Shown: one piece after another, positions 51,579 through 62,917 of the stretch
Numbering within the stretch: position 1 is the first letter of the stretch
How the letters are laid out: every line of letters starts with the position of its first letter
From: Enoplolaimus lenunculus
Lineage: Eukaryota
Length of the DNA: 64,000 bases
Assembly (NCBI GenBank): GCA_030248215.1
Contig: JASANG010003525.1
Coordinates: 310,001-374,000, forward strand
Direction: 5' to 3'
Notes under the pieces: generated by a model
Told to the model about the DNA's origin: nothing
Seen by the model: only the letters and a program-made list of their open reading frames with translations
Databases searched by the model: none
Translations under genes and position numbers: made by a program

Positions 51579-54500
51579 ATGGCAATGTTTGCGCCAGTTT
51601 CTCGCCAATCGGCATTGAGTACTAATCTTGTTGAATTCCGTGCCGGAAAGTTGAATTTGAACACCACTGATAATATGGTAACGCCGGACAAACGAAAAGG
51701 GCTTGTGTATATGCACCAGTCCGACGATACTTTGATGCATTTCTGCTGGAAAGATCGCACTTCTGGAGTTGTTGAAGACGTAAGTCAACGTTTGTGTATA
51801 GGTGTACGCAAATCGTCTAAGAGCACGATACTAGGTTTTCTGGTTTCATAAAATTTACAGACAAAACAACCCAGTCTTATACAATGCCATTAGTTTCCGG
51901 ACGCTATTCTTGCGGCTTCCGGATACGTGTAGGTATATTAGCAAGAAAGTTTTTACCTTCAGAAATAGTATTGCATTCGAAAACCGAGTGTTTGAGCTAT
52001 AATCGACAAGACAAAATCGGTTTCATTTTGTTTATAGAACGTATTTTGTGCCTGTACGGTTCAATTTCAGGATTTGATAATTTTTCCCAATGATGCTAAT
52101 TTTCTCCGAGTAAAATCGTGTAAAACTGGTCGTGTGTTTGTGTTGAAAATGAAAGACACCGGAAGAAAATATTTCTTCTGGATGCAGGTACAGTTTTGCG
52201 TTTTACGTTACCGTTACACATGAATCTCATTGTTGTAACATCGACTAGTACTACGTATATAATTGCATCGTGCTAATTTGAGGTTACGAAAAGTTTCTTA
52301 AAGAATTATGATCTGAATTTTCAGACTCCGCACTATTTTTTGTATGGTGAGCCTTATGTTATGATATATAATTTGTATGTGCATATTGTGTGATTTGTAA
52401 TATATAATCGTGAGCTAAGAAGCATAAGGTAACAAAAACGCAGCAAACGAAATGAAAAAATTTATCCCAATTCCCATTATACTTGCACTGCAATCAGTAT
52501 TGAATGGAAGTTGCAAGTGGTTATTAAGCGAAATGCTATCCTGAATCAGAATTCTATTTGGCCCCTACTTGCCACCAAATCAAAATGACAATTGTGTTAA
52601 GTGGTTTGCAAGATCTGGACAGTGTATGTTTCTTTGACTCTATATTCTTTTATGGAAAACCTACATTGAGTATCTGCTTTTCCCACAGTGCAAATTTTTA
52701 ATTGATAATAGGAGCCTAAATCAGATAAAGATGACGAGCTATTCACGAAAATCAACGAATTACTCGCTAACGGACCGTCAGCCTCAGCAGCGCTGGCATC
52801 TCGGCGAAGCGAAGGAACTTCGGATTTGCCTTCGTCACGTTTCGCGGATGGCAGTGGTGGGTCGGCTGGATTCCCGGCTTCGTTAGGGCTTGGAGGTGAT
52901 CGAAGCGGCCTCGCTGATCTGTTTTCACCAAATAATCAGGCGCAAGCACTTATGCGGCAGATAATGACGGAAGGAGCTGGTCCTGATGGTATGCTATGAT
53001 TAAAAGATAATTAATTGTATGTCTTTTCAGGATATTTGTTGAATACATATTCAATTGAATTCTATCACCAATAAACTTGGTGTAAACTATTTTTGTATTT
53101 GCACGGTTCATGAATCAAAAAGGTGAGGCGCCAGGGGTACTCAAATGTGAAGGTTTGATGGTATGCTATGATTAAAAGATAATTAATTGTATGTCTTTTC
53201 AGGATATTTGTTGAATACATATTCAATTGAATTCTATCACCAATAAACTTGGTGTAAACTATTTTTGTATTTGCACGGTTCATGAATCAAAAAGGTGAGG
53301 CGCCAGGGGCACTCAAATGTGAAGGTTCTTTCCCCACTAAAACCACCAGGCCTTTTCACACTGTGTCCTCTTAAGCGATACAGCCCAGCTCGATTGCTAA
53401 AATTATACATTTTCACTTTCACCACAATGATGTTTAAATTACTTATATACTACGTATTGACGTATCTTCAGAACGCAGCCGTGAAGCTATGGAATCACTA
53501 AGCGGTTTGGATGCGTCGCAGCTAATGCAGTTTATTAGTAAGTGTGGGTGTTTTAGGTTAAGTCTTACTTAATAACAATTTATATTCTGTTTGGTAAACT
53601 GGTTATAATTTCTTGAACATAACGAGTTTTAAATACGAAGAACACAAGGTCTTTCAGATAACACGAAATTCGATATATTAACTTTCAATAATTACTACTT
53701 ATGTACAAAATTGTGTCAATGCGTACTGGAAAACATCTAAAAACAAACCTTCTAGTTGATATGCACATGTATTTACACTGCACACCCGTTTGTAATAAAG
53801 CAAGTATCGTTTTACAGGTACTAAATGCACACGTGGTTACTCTTTCGACTATCCGCAATAAACAAAAACGATACTGGTTAAATATTATCGGGCTATGACG
53901 CAATTCATGAATGAAATGTATTTTTATTTATTATAGATTTGGTTGGCGGTGGCGGTATGATGGGTGGTGGACTGTCCGGTCGAGGCTTGGGAGAATCTGG
54001 TATCACTGATACACCGCTAAGCGAAACCTCAGCGTAAGCATTAATATACTGTTGTAGTGATGGTTCAAAGTCCGGTTCATAAAATTTCGGTGCCAATTGA
54101 TGAATTAAAATGCGTTTGTAAGCTAAGAAATGAAGTAATTGCATAACTATGCAATAAATCTAGCGTTTTTGTGAGCGTGTAATTCGTAATTGTTTCAGCT
54201 AATTGATGCAGGAATCACAACATTTATTTTTAACTGATGTGTAGTGTAGCATTCGCAGTAATCTTTCGACATAGCATCGTTTGCTGTTAATGGATTGCTC
54301 GTTATGAGATGAAGTTAGGTTGGCTACATGGAAACATTAACGTATAGAAATCTGCAATTTTTGGACGCTGTTAAAACAATATTTCTTCTGAAGTTTGAGA
54401 ACGTTTTTCATTTTTTGCAGGCAAAACGAAGCAACAACATCTTCGGATGCAAGCTCCACAACACCAGCACGACCTGTAACGACAACTGCGACTACGGCGG

Positions 54501-55632
54501 GTAATGACACGACCGGGGCAATTCCTGCAGTCCTGTTGTCTGACTTGCAATCTATTTTAGCGTCAATGGGAGGTAACTTTTTTGATGATAAGTCTGCGTT
54601 CAGTGCGTGCAAGTAGTAGTAGTAGTAGTAGTAGTAAGCTAGACGTCACTGCAGAACCACTTATTTTGGAAACCGTATTCTCATCTGTGAACCGCATCAA
54701 TCGCCGGTTAGTAATATTGTTAAACAAGTGAACTACGGCAGAGGGAAAAATCTCAAAATGTGGACAGAACAAGGCACAAATCAAATGTGTAAACTGCAGT
54801 AAGTTACGAACCACACAGTTTCTAAATAGAACCATGATATTTGTTACACGTTTGAGGACATACTCATTACTCATGTATTTACTTGTTTATTTCAATAGTT
54901 ATTTGTTGTCACTTTGTCAAATGGTGTTCGATGCAGAACACCTGTCACCAATTGAAATATTTGTGTTCATAATTTGATTTATTAACGTAAGACTAAGCAT
55001 TTAGTGAACCAAAGTTCTTACTGCGCGTCAGCTATGCATGGACGCAAGTAGCCAAATACCAATTCGTAATATTATATTGTTTGTTTCAGAACCTACAGAA
55101 CCAGGAGCTAACGTGGCGAATAATACGTTGGATACGACTGCTGGTAATGCATTTTAAACCATAATATTGCAATTTCAATGTTTTAAGATCACTTTTTGTT
55201 AGCATTATATGGTATTTGTAGTTGATTTGGTCGATTAACTTCTTTCTGGATAAATTTCAAGTTGTTGCTATTCCGGTGAAAACTCTTTGGTTTTGGCATA
55301 TGCTATTTTATATTTCGTGACATTGTTTTTATATGGAATGTGCGAGAATGGAAGGTTATAAATTTTTACCTCGTAACTTTTATTTTAACGATTGCATAGA
55401 TTTGGTTTTAGATGTTCAGTCAAACGAGCAATTGCTGGCAACCACGGCGTCGAATGATGAAAAATTGCCTAAAAATGAGACTGACGACAAAACTGGTTCA
55501 AGTGATCAAAATAAAGCGAGTGGCAGTGAAACGGCAAAGGAAGATTCTACAAAAGGCTCCACACGACGGCCAAAACCGGAAGGAACTTCGGTTGATAAAA
55601 GTCCGGACGATGAAGAAATGGAGCTTGATTAG
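51579..55632 (+). CDS. ADRM1: Proteasomal ubiquitin receptor Rpn13/ADRM1, ~394 aa; exons 51579-51779, 52071-52187, 52712-52988, 53472-53537, 53937-54033, 54421-54572, 55090-55143, 55412 (or 55400)-55632
   Basis: PRU domain (LVEFRAGK...[11 protein letters not shown]...[22 protein letters not shown]...TGRVFVLK...FFWMQ-EPKSDKD), linker motif [11 protein letters not shown] and acidic end DEEMELD*. Junctions are in-phase GT-AG; AATAAA at 55721. Confidence 0.93.
52984..53326. repeat. 172-bp tandem duplication spanning the ADRM1 exon-3 donor
   Basis: TGATGGTATGCTATG...TGTGAAGGTT at 52984 and 53156. Confidence 0.95.
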
Positions 55633-56589
55633 AGGAACAATTTAAACAATGTGTTGTTGCTAGAAAATGGTTGATGTTTGTGATGCTAGCATTTGTGTAG
55701 AGTGAAGAGTCTTAAATTTCAATAAAATAACAGAAACGGTAAACGTATATTTAATTAAATTTCAAAAATGTTTTCTTTTTCTGCCAACACAATAGAGGCA
55801 TGCAATTATTCACCGGTCTTTCAAAAATTGTGTAGAAAAAAATGGAGGATGTACCGAATTTTTGAAGATTTTGGACGAATTTCGTAATTTTTATTTCACC
55901 TGGAACACTTGCAGCAAATCTGTGATGACACATTGCGAGACAGATATTACTTGATTTTGAACGCAAAAATAATAAAATTTCCGTTGTTTATATAACTGAA
56001 ATGAAAACGGGTATTCGATTACTTCCTAAAAGTTTGATCGGAATTTGTACAGAAATGTTACGGTTTTCGCTGTGTTATCAATATTAAGAATGTTATAGGA
56101 TTTGCTTGAATGTCCGCGGAAACCAAGAGGATGAGTTTGTAGTATGATTTTTAGCTCACCGTGTATTTTTTGGCTGCAGCTAACAAGTTGGATATCTTCT
56201 CATATTCATGTAGCATTTTGATAACTATTTGCGTTTTACAAATTTATCAAACTAACTCTGCTGTTTGATCTTGATTTTAGATGCAATGTTCTGTTCATGT
56301 TTATATCCTGAGTAAAAGTAATATGTTGCATGTTGAGTGTTTTATTCTCTAAAACTCATTTTTGCTGAAACCACAACGTATATACAACTTATTTGGAAAT
56401 TTAGAAAGTTTTAAGTGACATATTTTAGTTTCTTATCCAAAAACTACGAAACATAGCGTTACACACCGGCGAAACCAATACTTATGCAAATATGATGCGC
56501 TCGAATGCTATACCACCCCAGGCCACCGGAATACCAACTAAAATATCGTCCTCGGATCGTGAACTACTGCTTATCAGAAGTTCGTGATT

Positions 56590-57110
56590 TCAGCTAGCCC
56601 CTGTATCCTGTATCACACCTTTATGCAGTCCTTTTCTCGATGTACGCTTATCGCTCTGATTTAGTAAACGCGGCCGGTAAATGTTTATTTAGCCCTCCCA
56701 GATCCTTTATAACAGCCAATATGCAAATTACAGGTTATGCAATTCACCTGGCAACCTGATCCGGAATCCTTAGAACCGATGTCTGAATCTGTTTAGTCCA
56801 GCCACTGGCTCTAAATTACCAAACTTACAATTCCCAGAAAATCTATGCAATCCTAACCCCGTTAGAATTACACACAATTTTACCATGCACTCTAACCCCG
56901 TTAGAAGTGCACCCGAGTTTACCGACCAATCTAACCCCGTTATATTTTTAGACTACGGTTTACTCGGTTCTCCTTTTAATCCCAAGTTTTCCGTTAACAT
57001 ATGACACCAGTACCTTATACTGGGTAACTCCAACAGCGCCCTGCGCTAGCCCGATAATAACCGTGATGCCTGATTTCCTTCACATACTTAAGCCACCGTG
57101 ACAGCCTTAA
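56590..57110 (-). repeat. Inverted relative of segment ~27955-28530
   Basis: Shared motifs in reverse complement (CCACCGTGACA, TCTAACCCCGTTAGA, CAGCCACTGGCT, CCTGTATCCTGTATC). Confidence 0.75.
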
Positions 57111-57991
57111 ACTAATTCAACTCCACGTCTTACTTACCCGAGATATGCTAATACTCCGTCGATCCGTAAACCAATAAAATAAGTTGTAAAAATATACACT
57201 CGCCCGAAGATGTAAAAACACGCAGCAAATTCTACCAGCTATGAATACAATACTGATTCCGGTCCCGGCTACCCCCTGTGCGTCTCGACCTAATTTGCAT
57301 ACAGACCGACACCCACAGTTGGGTGTCCGCCGATGCTCTTTTAGGTCCAGAGCCACTCACCCGATACACACTCTTTCTACAACAACAATAATGTTACAAC
57401 AACCAATAACAAAGCACCATTTTGGTGCTGACATAGCCTAGCTATGTCCTTTCTAGCAAATACGGCAACCCAGTATGCAACAATATTCAACCATATTTTA
57501 CGGCCACGCAGGGCCCAGGTAAGTTTACATTGCGGACACAGCCACCATAGCATCGATTTTAACAATTCTACGCCTTATAGAAACGTCCAAGCCTAACTTA
57601 AGTTCTAAGAGAGACTAGGTGGAGCCAGGGACTCCCTTAAGGTGTGGTTTTGATATTTGGTTTTATTTTATGCTTTAGTTTTTAATTTGAAATAGGTTTA
57701 AAAGTGGCAGAGCCACCTAAACTGCTCTGCGATGTCTGACGTGAATCAGAGATATCGCTGTCATCAGTAAAATGTACTACAAAGAAAGAACTGGGGGAGC
57801 AGCGACATATGTGTTCAGTCTAAAAAAAGAGACAGTATGATTCTTACTGACAACACTGGTATCTTTAAAAAATCGAGCAGCAGTATTGTGAGCTGTTTGA
57901 ATCCGGACCCATATCGGATTATTTGCTAGAATAGTATGCTAATTATTCAGAAGTTAGCTATTGATATATCTATTTTAAATGCTTGGAAATC

Positions 57992-58576
57992 ATTGAACGA
58001 AGCGAAACTACGAGCGAAGCTCGGAGGAGTTTCGCGAAGCGTTTTAGGTTTTGTACTCTGGGGTTGAAAGTTGGATGTCCGTCAGTCCGAAAAGAATCAC
58101 AAGAACCGCTGCATCGATTTTGGTTGAACTTTTTTGTTTGAAAGCCAATTATCCTGGGGTGCAAACCTCGTATTGGGTTTCAAATTTTAAGCCGTTTATT
58201 AGCTACAAACTAGTTTGCATAATTAGTTAAGCCTAAATTAGGACTTCCTCCTGGTTTTACAAGCAATCTAATTTTAGCACTAAAAGGTTTTTGATGCCAG
58301 GGATCTAAATAAATTGTTTACAAACCTCCAAAACCGATAATTGAGTAGTTAGCTGATAGATAATTTGCATATTAGCATAATTGATGAGCCTAAATTAGGA
58401 CTACAATATTTCACTAATTATTTGGGTTAAAAACAATCTTATTATAGCACTAAAGGGTTTTTGGGTGCGAGGAATCTGAATAAATTGTTTAAAAACATCG
58501 AAAACTGATAAATCAATAGTTAGATAATGAGTGTGTTCGAGCTTCGCTCAATTAACATACTCCCACTACGACCGGT
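57992..58576 (+). mobile_element. Second HINE/DINE-1-like copy with fewer central repeats
   Basis: Colinear with 37050-37945 at both ends. Confidence 0.75.
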
Positions 58577-60621
58577 TTATTCAGATTCCTTGTACCGAGA
58601 AACCCTTTAGCCTTATATATTTATACTATATTACGGCTGTGTTGTGTATACTTTGGCCGAAACTTGGAATATCTATTTTAATGAAATTTGTTCCAAGTAT
58701 TTGCTTATTTTTCTCCACCTTCCTTTCAGAATTTTATACGGTCATATATAATAAATAATTATAATAAATAATTACGTATCTATAATGATGATTAATTATT
58801 GATTAATTTTGTTGGTTGTTATTTGTTGCTCAACATACGATGGCTGATCGTTCAACAAGCGTTTGCATATCACATTCGAAATTGCAATCTGATTGTACGT
58901 AAAAGAGATACCAGAAAGATAGCGGTAAATTCAAGTTGAGTTTTTGGACGGTAAAAAATACACGTATCAATTAAGTAATTGTAAAAGCCAGAAGGTCAGT
59001 GTTGGCGTTTGCTGAGCAAGTTGTCGTTGGCTATTAATGCTGTAAAACTATTTCGACTCATAGTTTATTTGCAAGAAGTAAACGAATAGTAAAATAACAA
59101 ATGCTGATCACAACACTTCGAAATGCACCGCTGCGTGTGGTTTATTTGTGCAAACTGCATGCGAAGCATAGTTACCTGTTCAAAGAACGATTCAGCAACG
59201 ACTTATCTGTCTACAAATTAGGTTTGAATCTGGCACTTTGGCACATTGTATGTCTTCTGATAAGGTTTACCTTTTTTATAAACAATAGTTTTATAAGCAA
59301 GAATGTAGACGTGATGGTAAGTACCGACAAAGGTCCATGCTTATACTTTTATGTCGGTACCGGTATCTGATGAGAATGTAAAAGATTAAGATTAGAGTTT
59401 AGACTGCTTTTTTTGCTTAGGCTTAGGCTTACGTTTTTATCAATGCTTAGGCTTTAGGATTATGCTTTAATATACTCTTACCATGGTGTAACCGGATATC
59501 TGTTTCCGGTTCCGAGCTAAACTCCGTGTCCGTTACTGGTATAGGAATACATATTGGGACTTCGTAATTTTTTGCACAATATGAGTTATGAATCACGTAT
59601 ATATCTCATAATTTTAATAATAGGTATAAGATCGATTTTATGTTTAAGGTTAGGCTTAGGAATATGCGTATACTACTGTTACGGCCCTGTTCTATACATT
59701 AGCTGCAATTCTAAACCGTACAGAATTGGACGGTAAATAACATTAACACTTTTGTTCATTGCAAAAAACTTTACAAGCCGACTCATACCTAAACAATATA
59801 TAAGTAAGCTATTGTTTTCTGGGCTACTAAGGGTGGATCATTGGTTTTAACATATAGTGTCCGGCCGTAACCGGAGCCGGATAATGAATTCATATTTAAT
59901 GCTAGATTGCATTCAAATATCAGAACGTAGCTTACAAATTTTGTTTCCGTGGCTTAAGGTGCCCAAAGTGTTTACGTGACAAAGTTTAAGTCTCACACCG
60001 ATGCATTTTTAACACTTTAACAACGACCCCTATTATACTATTCTGTTTTTGTGGCGTTGCGTTCAGTTGCAATATTCACTTGGCTCGTGTTCTCTTTAAG
60101 GGAATCCAGTTTTTCGTAGGTCAAAGGTGTCTAAGATCAGGGATGGGAGTCACAGTCTCAGTCTCAGCAAGTCTCGGTATTTTGCAAGTCTCGGTTTCTT
60201 GAGTCTCGGTGGTTTGAACCGACTCTAGAAATAATTTCTTTTGAAAAGTTTGTGAGGTTAGGTGATGGGCAAAAGCTGACCGAGATCCGGACTTTTCATT
60301 TTCGGTTGCTTACTTTTTATAGACGCTGCTACCCATCACATTCAAAAATCTATACTACATGTGTGACAGAAAAAAATATGTAAAAGTAAGCCAGCCAGTC
60401 CGATGGTACTTGGCATAAATTTTTTGAAGTTTGTTTAAAATAATATCCGGCAAGTTAAAATACCGGAGCCGGATGTCGATTTTTTGCCGCAGCCGGAGCT
60501 CAGTACATTTGTGTTGATAGTAACATGGAATAACTGCATATTCGTTTGCGGAATTTTGATTGTTATACATTTCCATTGTATTCATCCGTTTTACACCCTG
60601 GTAAAATGGTATTACATTTTC

Positions 60622-60804
60622 GGCCAATGTCACTTTTAGCGATGTAACAGTAGATTAAGCGTATTCCTATACTTAAGCCTAAGCGTTGCAAAAATGTGTT
60701 GCTAAACCCACGCATAAGCCTAAGAAAAAATGCAATCTAGAATCTAAACCTACTCTTTTATAGACCCACCACAAAACTGGACGCCTTTTAAAGTAACATG
60801 GGCC
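60622..60804. mobile_element. Merlin-like TTAGGC MITE (B)
   Basis: TSD ACATTTTC/ACAATTTC. Confidence 0.78.
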
Positions 60805-61329
60805 ACAATTTCTATGATCAGGCAGTTAGCTCTTTAGTTAAAGTCATATATATATATATTCACGCTATCTTAAATTGTTGGCAGAGCGTCAAATTTGTTG
60901 CATTTGACCATGAAACTCGTGAAACGATTGTTTAATAACGAAAAAAACAAAACTTAATCATTTCCGTTATTTCTGAAACGAACACCGATTTATACCGGAG
61001 GCGGATATCCGGTTACACCGTGCTACACAACGCTATGCCAATTATAATACGCTACAATACTTAAGACCGTTAAAGTTCGCTACAAAACTGTTAGCTAATC
61101 ACTGCTTGACAGTTGATGTCGTGGGTAGCCATATTGGCAATACGGCTAAATTAGTGCCATCGCTACGGCAAGGGCGTCGCCACGGGGGAAGGCATCGGAA
61201 GCCGTGCACACCAAATTCCGAAGGTGCCCCCAAATATACTCGGTCTAAAAGTAAACTGCAGTGGTAGATGCCCCCAGAACTATTCGGTGTGCTCCTCAAA
61301 TATAATTATCAGCGTACGCCCGTTGGCTA

Positions 61330-61655
61330 CATATGTCGTAGGCCAATCTGCTATTCAGGCCAATTAATTGGCATGGGCCAATCTGCTGTTTTATGGAATA
61401 GCTAGTTTAGCCTGGGCAAAGTTGCTTTCCAATTATAGTCCTATCAGATTTCATTATTTGGACAGACATAGTACCGTTAACCAATCAACGTTGGTCTTAA
61501 TCATTGTTGTTTTGCGACATCTCATAATCGCTATTTGGCCTAGGCCTAACTGCTATTTGCTGCGAATTGCAGATTGGCCTAGGCCAATAACTTGTAATTG
61601 GCCTATGTCACTAATTGGTAATTGGCATGATTAGCAGATTGGCTTGCGACATATA
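61330..61655. mobile_element. Inverted-repeat element just upstream of GFRP
   Basis: ATATGTCGTAGGCCAATCTGCTA...TAGCAGATTGGCTTGCGACATAT with internal GGCCAAT repeats. Confidence 0.6.
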
Positions 61656-61758
61656 TATCCCGTTCCCGTTCAGAATAAATGACTTGTTGCATTCTCTAAC
61701 TTAATACCGTTGTCTTAATATTTGTACTTAGAACAATTTGAAATAATTTAAATTATAT

Positions 61759-62011
61759 ATGACGTACGTATTAGTCAGTGCATCTCCATTGCTTGGTACT
61801 GGTTACACTTACTGTTGGTGATACCGGCTCTGATCAAGTATTGATGGAGTATATAGATGCGAAAAAAGTTGAAGGTGATAATTGGGTCACTGAACTAGTA
61901 CCAAGAGAAGTATTGAATCGACTCGCAGCGAAAGGATATCGTGTGGTTGGAACTTCTGCGTACCATCAAGCGTGCATCTGTACATTGTTTAAAATAGTCG
62001 GCAGTGATTGA
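61759..62011 (+). pseudogene. GCHFR: GTP cyclohydrolase I feedback regulatory protein (GFRP), intronless, with a +1 frameshift at ~61810 (pseudogene or sequence error)
   Basis: Removing one T at 61809/61810 gives an 83-aa protein MTYVLVSASPLLGTGYTTVGDTGSDQVLMEYIDA...PREVLNRLAAKGYRVVG...CTLFK, colinear with GFRP (MPYLLISTQIRMEVGPTMVGDEQSDPELM...PRIVLDKLE.RGFRV). Confidence 0.8.
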
Positions 62012-62199
62012 AAGAAGGCTTGGCTGTATTGTACACTTTTTCACGCATAAGGTTGTAAATGCTTAGATTTTAAAGCTAGGCTTACGCCGATGCTTATTAA
62101 TACGACTTTGGTTTAGGATTTTTGGTAGATATAGATTGTTTTGTAAGCCTAGCTTAACAGTTAACTTGGTTGAAAAAAGTGTAAATTATATGCAAGAGC

Positions 62200-62437
62200 C
62201 AGGGTACAACCGGAGGTCTGCCTCCGGCTTCGGCAGAAAATCGGCTTCCGTCTGCCAGAGGATCGGGCAATTCCGGTAGTGAAATTTTGCATAATTTTGC
62301 AAAATTTATCTGTTAGCACGTTTCGTTTTACCGTCATTTTTACTACCAAATTTGGCCTCCCCTCCGGCTCCAGCTGCGGCTCCGGCAAGTTTCGTTGACA
62401 TCCGGCTTCGGTATTTTTCATCTCCGGTTGCACCCTG
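62200..62437. mobile_element. hAT-like MITE, same family as 36424-36787
   Basis: Same TIR; TSD GCAAGAGC/GCAAGAGT. Confidence 0.8.
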
Positions 62438-62697
62438 GCAAGAGTCAAAATTTCGCTGTTAAAATCGTTCTGAGCAAAGTGTTACCTTTAGACAGGCAAA
62501 ATAGCGTTATCATTAAACCTTGTTAATGTTAGATTTTTTAATTTTGTTTGGTGCCTCATTTTCAAACAGCTCACTGGTCGTTTTTGCCGTGTGCCACACG
62601 ACCAGTATTCAGAGAATTTGTGAAAATAATATAATTTAATGAATTAGTATATAAAGATTAGTACTGAATATTTATCGTAAGAAATTCTACATATCTT

Positions 62698-62917
62698 GGC
62701 CTATGTAAAGATCAGAGGCGGAACGGTTTTCTGTGGGACTGCAACAGAGTAAGGTTACTCGTAAGGCTAATTTTTTTACTTAGGCTTAGGCTAAGGCTTA
62801 GGTATAAGCTCATTGTTACGGTTAGGCTTATAAATACGCTTGTATATACTACTATTACAGCTGTTCCATAGGAATATGCTTATACTACTAGGTATTACGA
62901 CCTTCTATACATTGGCT
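62698..62917. mobile_element. Merlin-like TTAGGC MITE (A)
   Basis: GGCCTATGTAAAGATC...TATACATTGGCT; imperfect TSD CATATCTT/CATATGTA. Confidence 0.75.
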
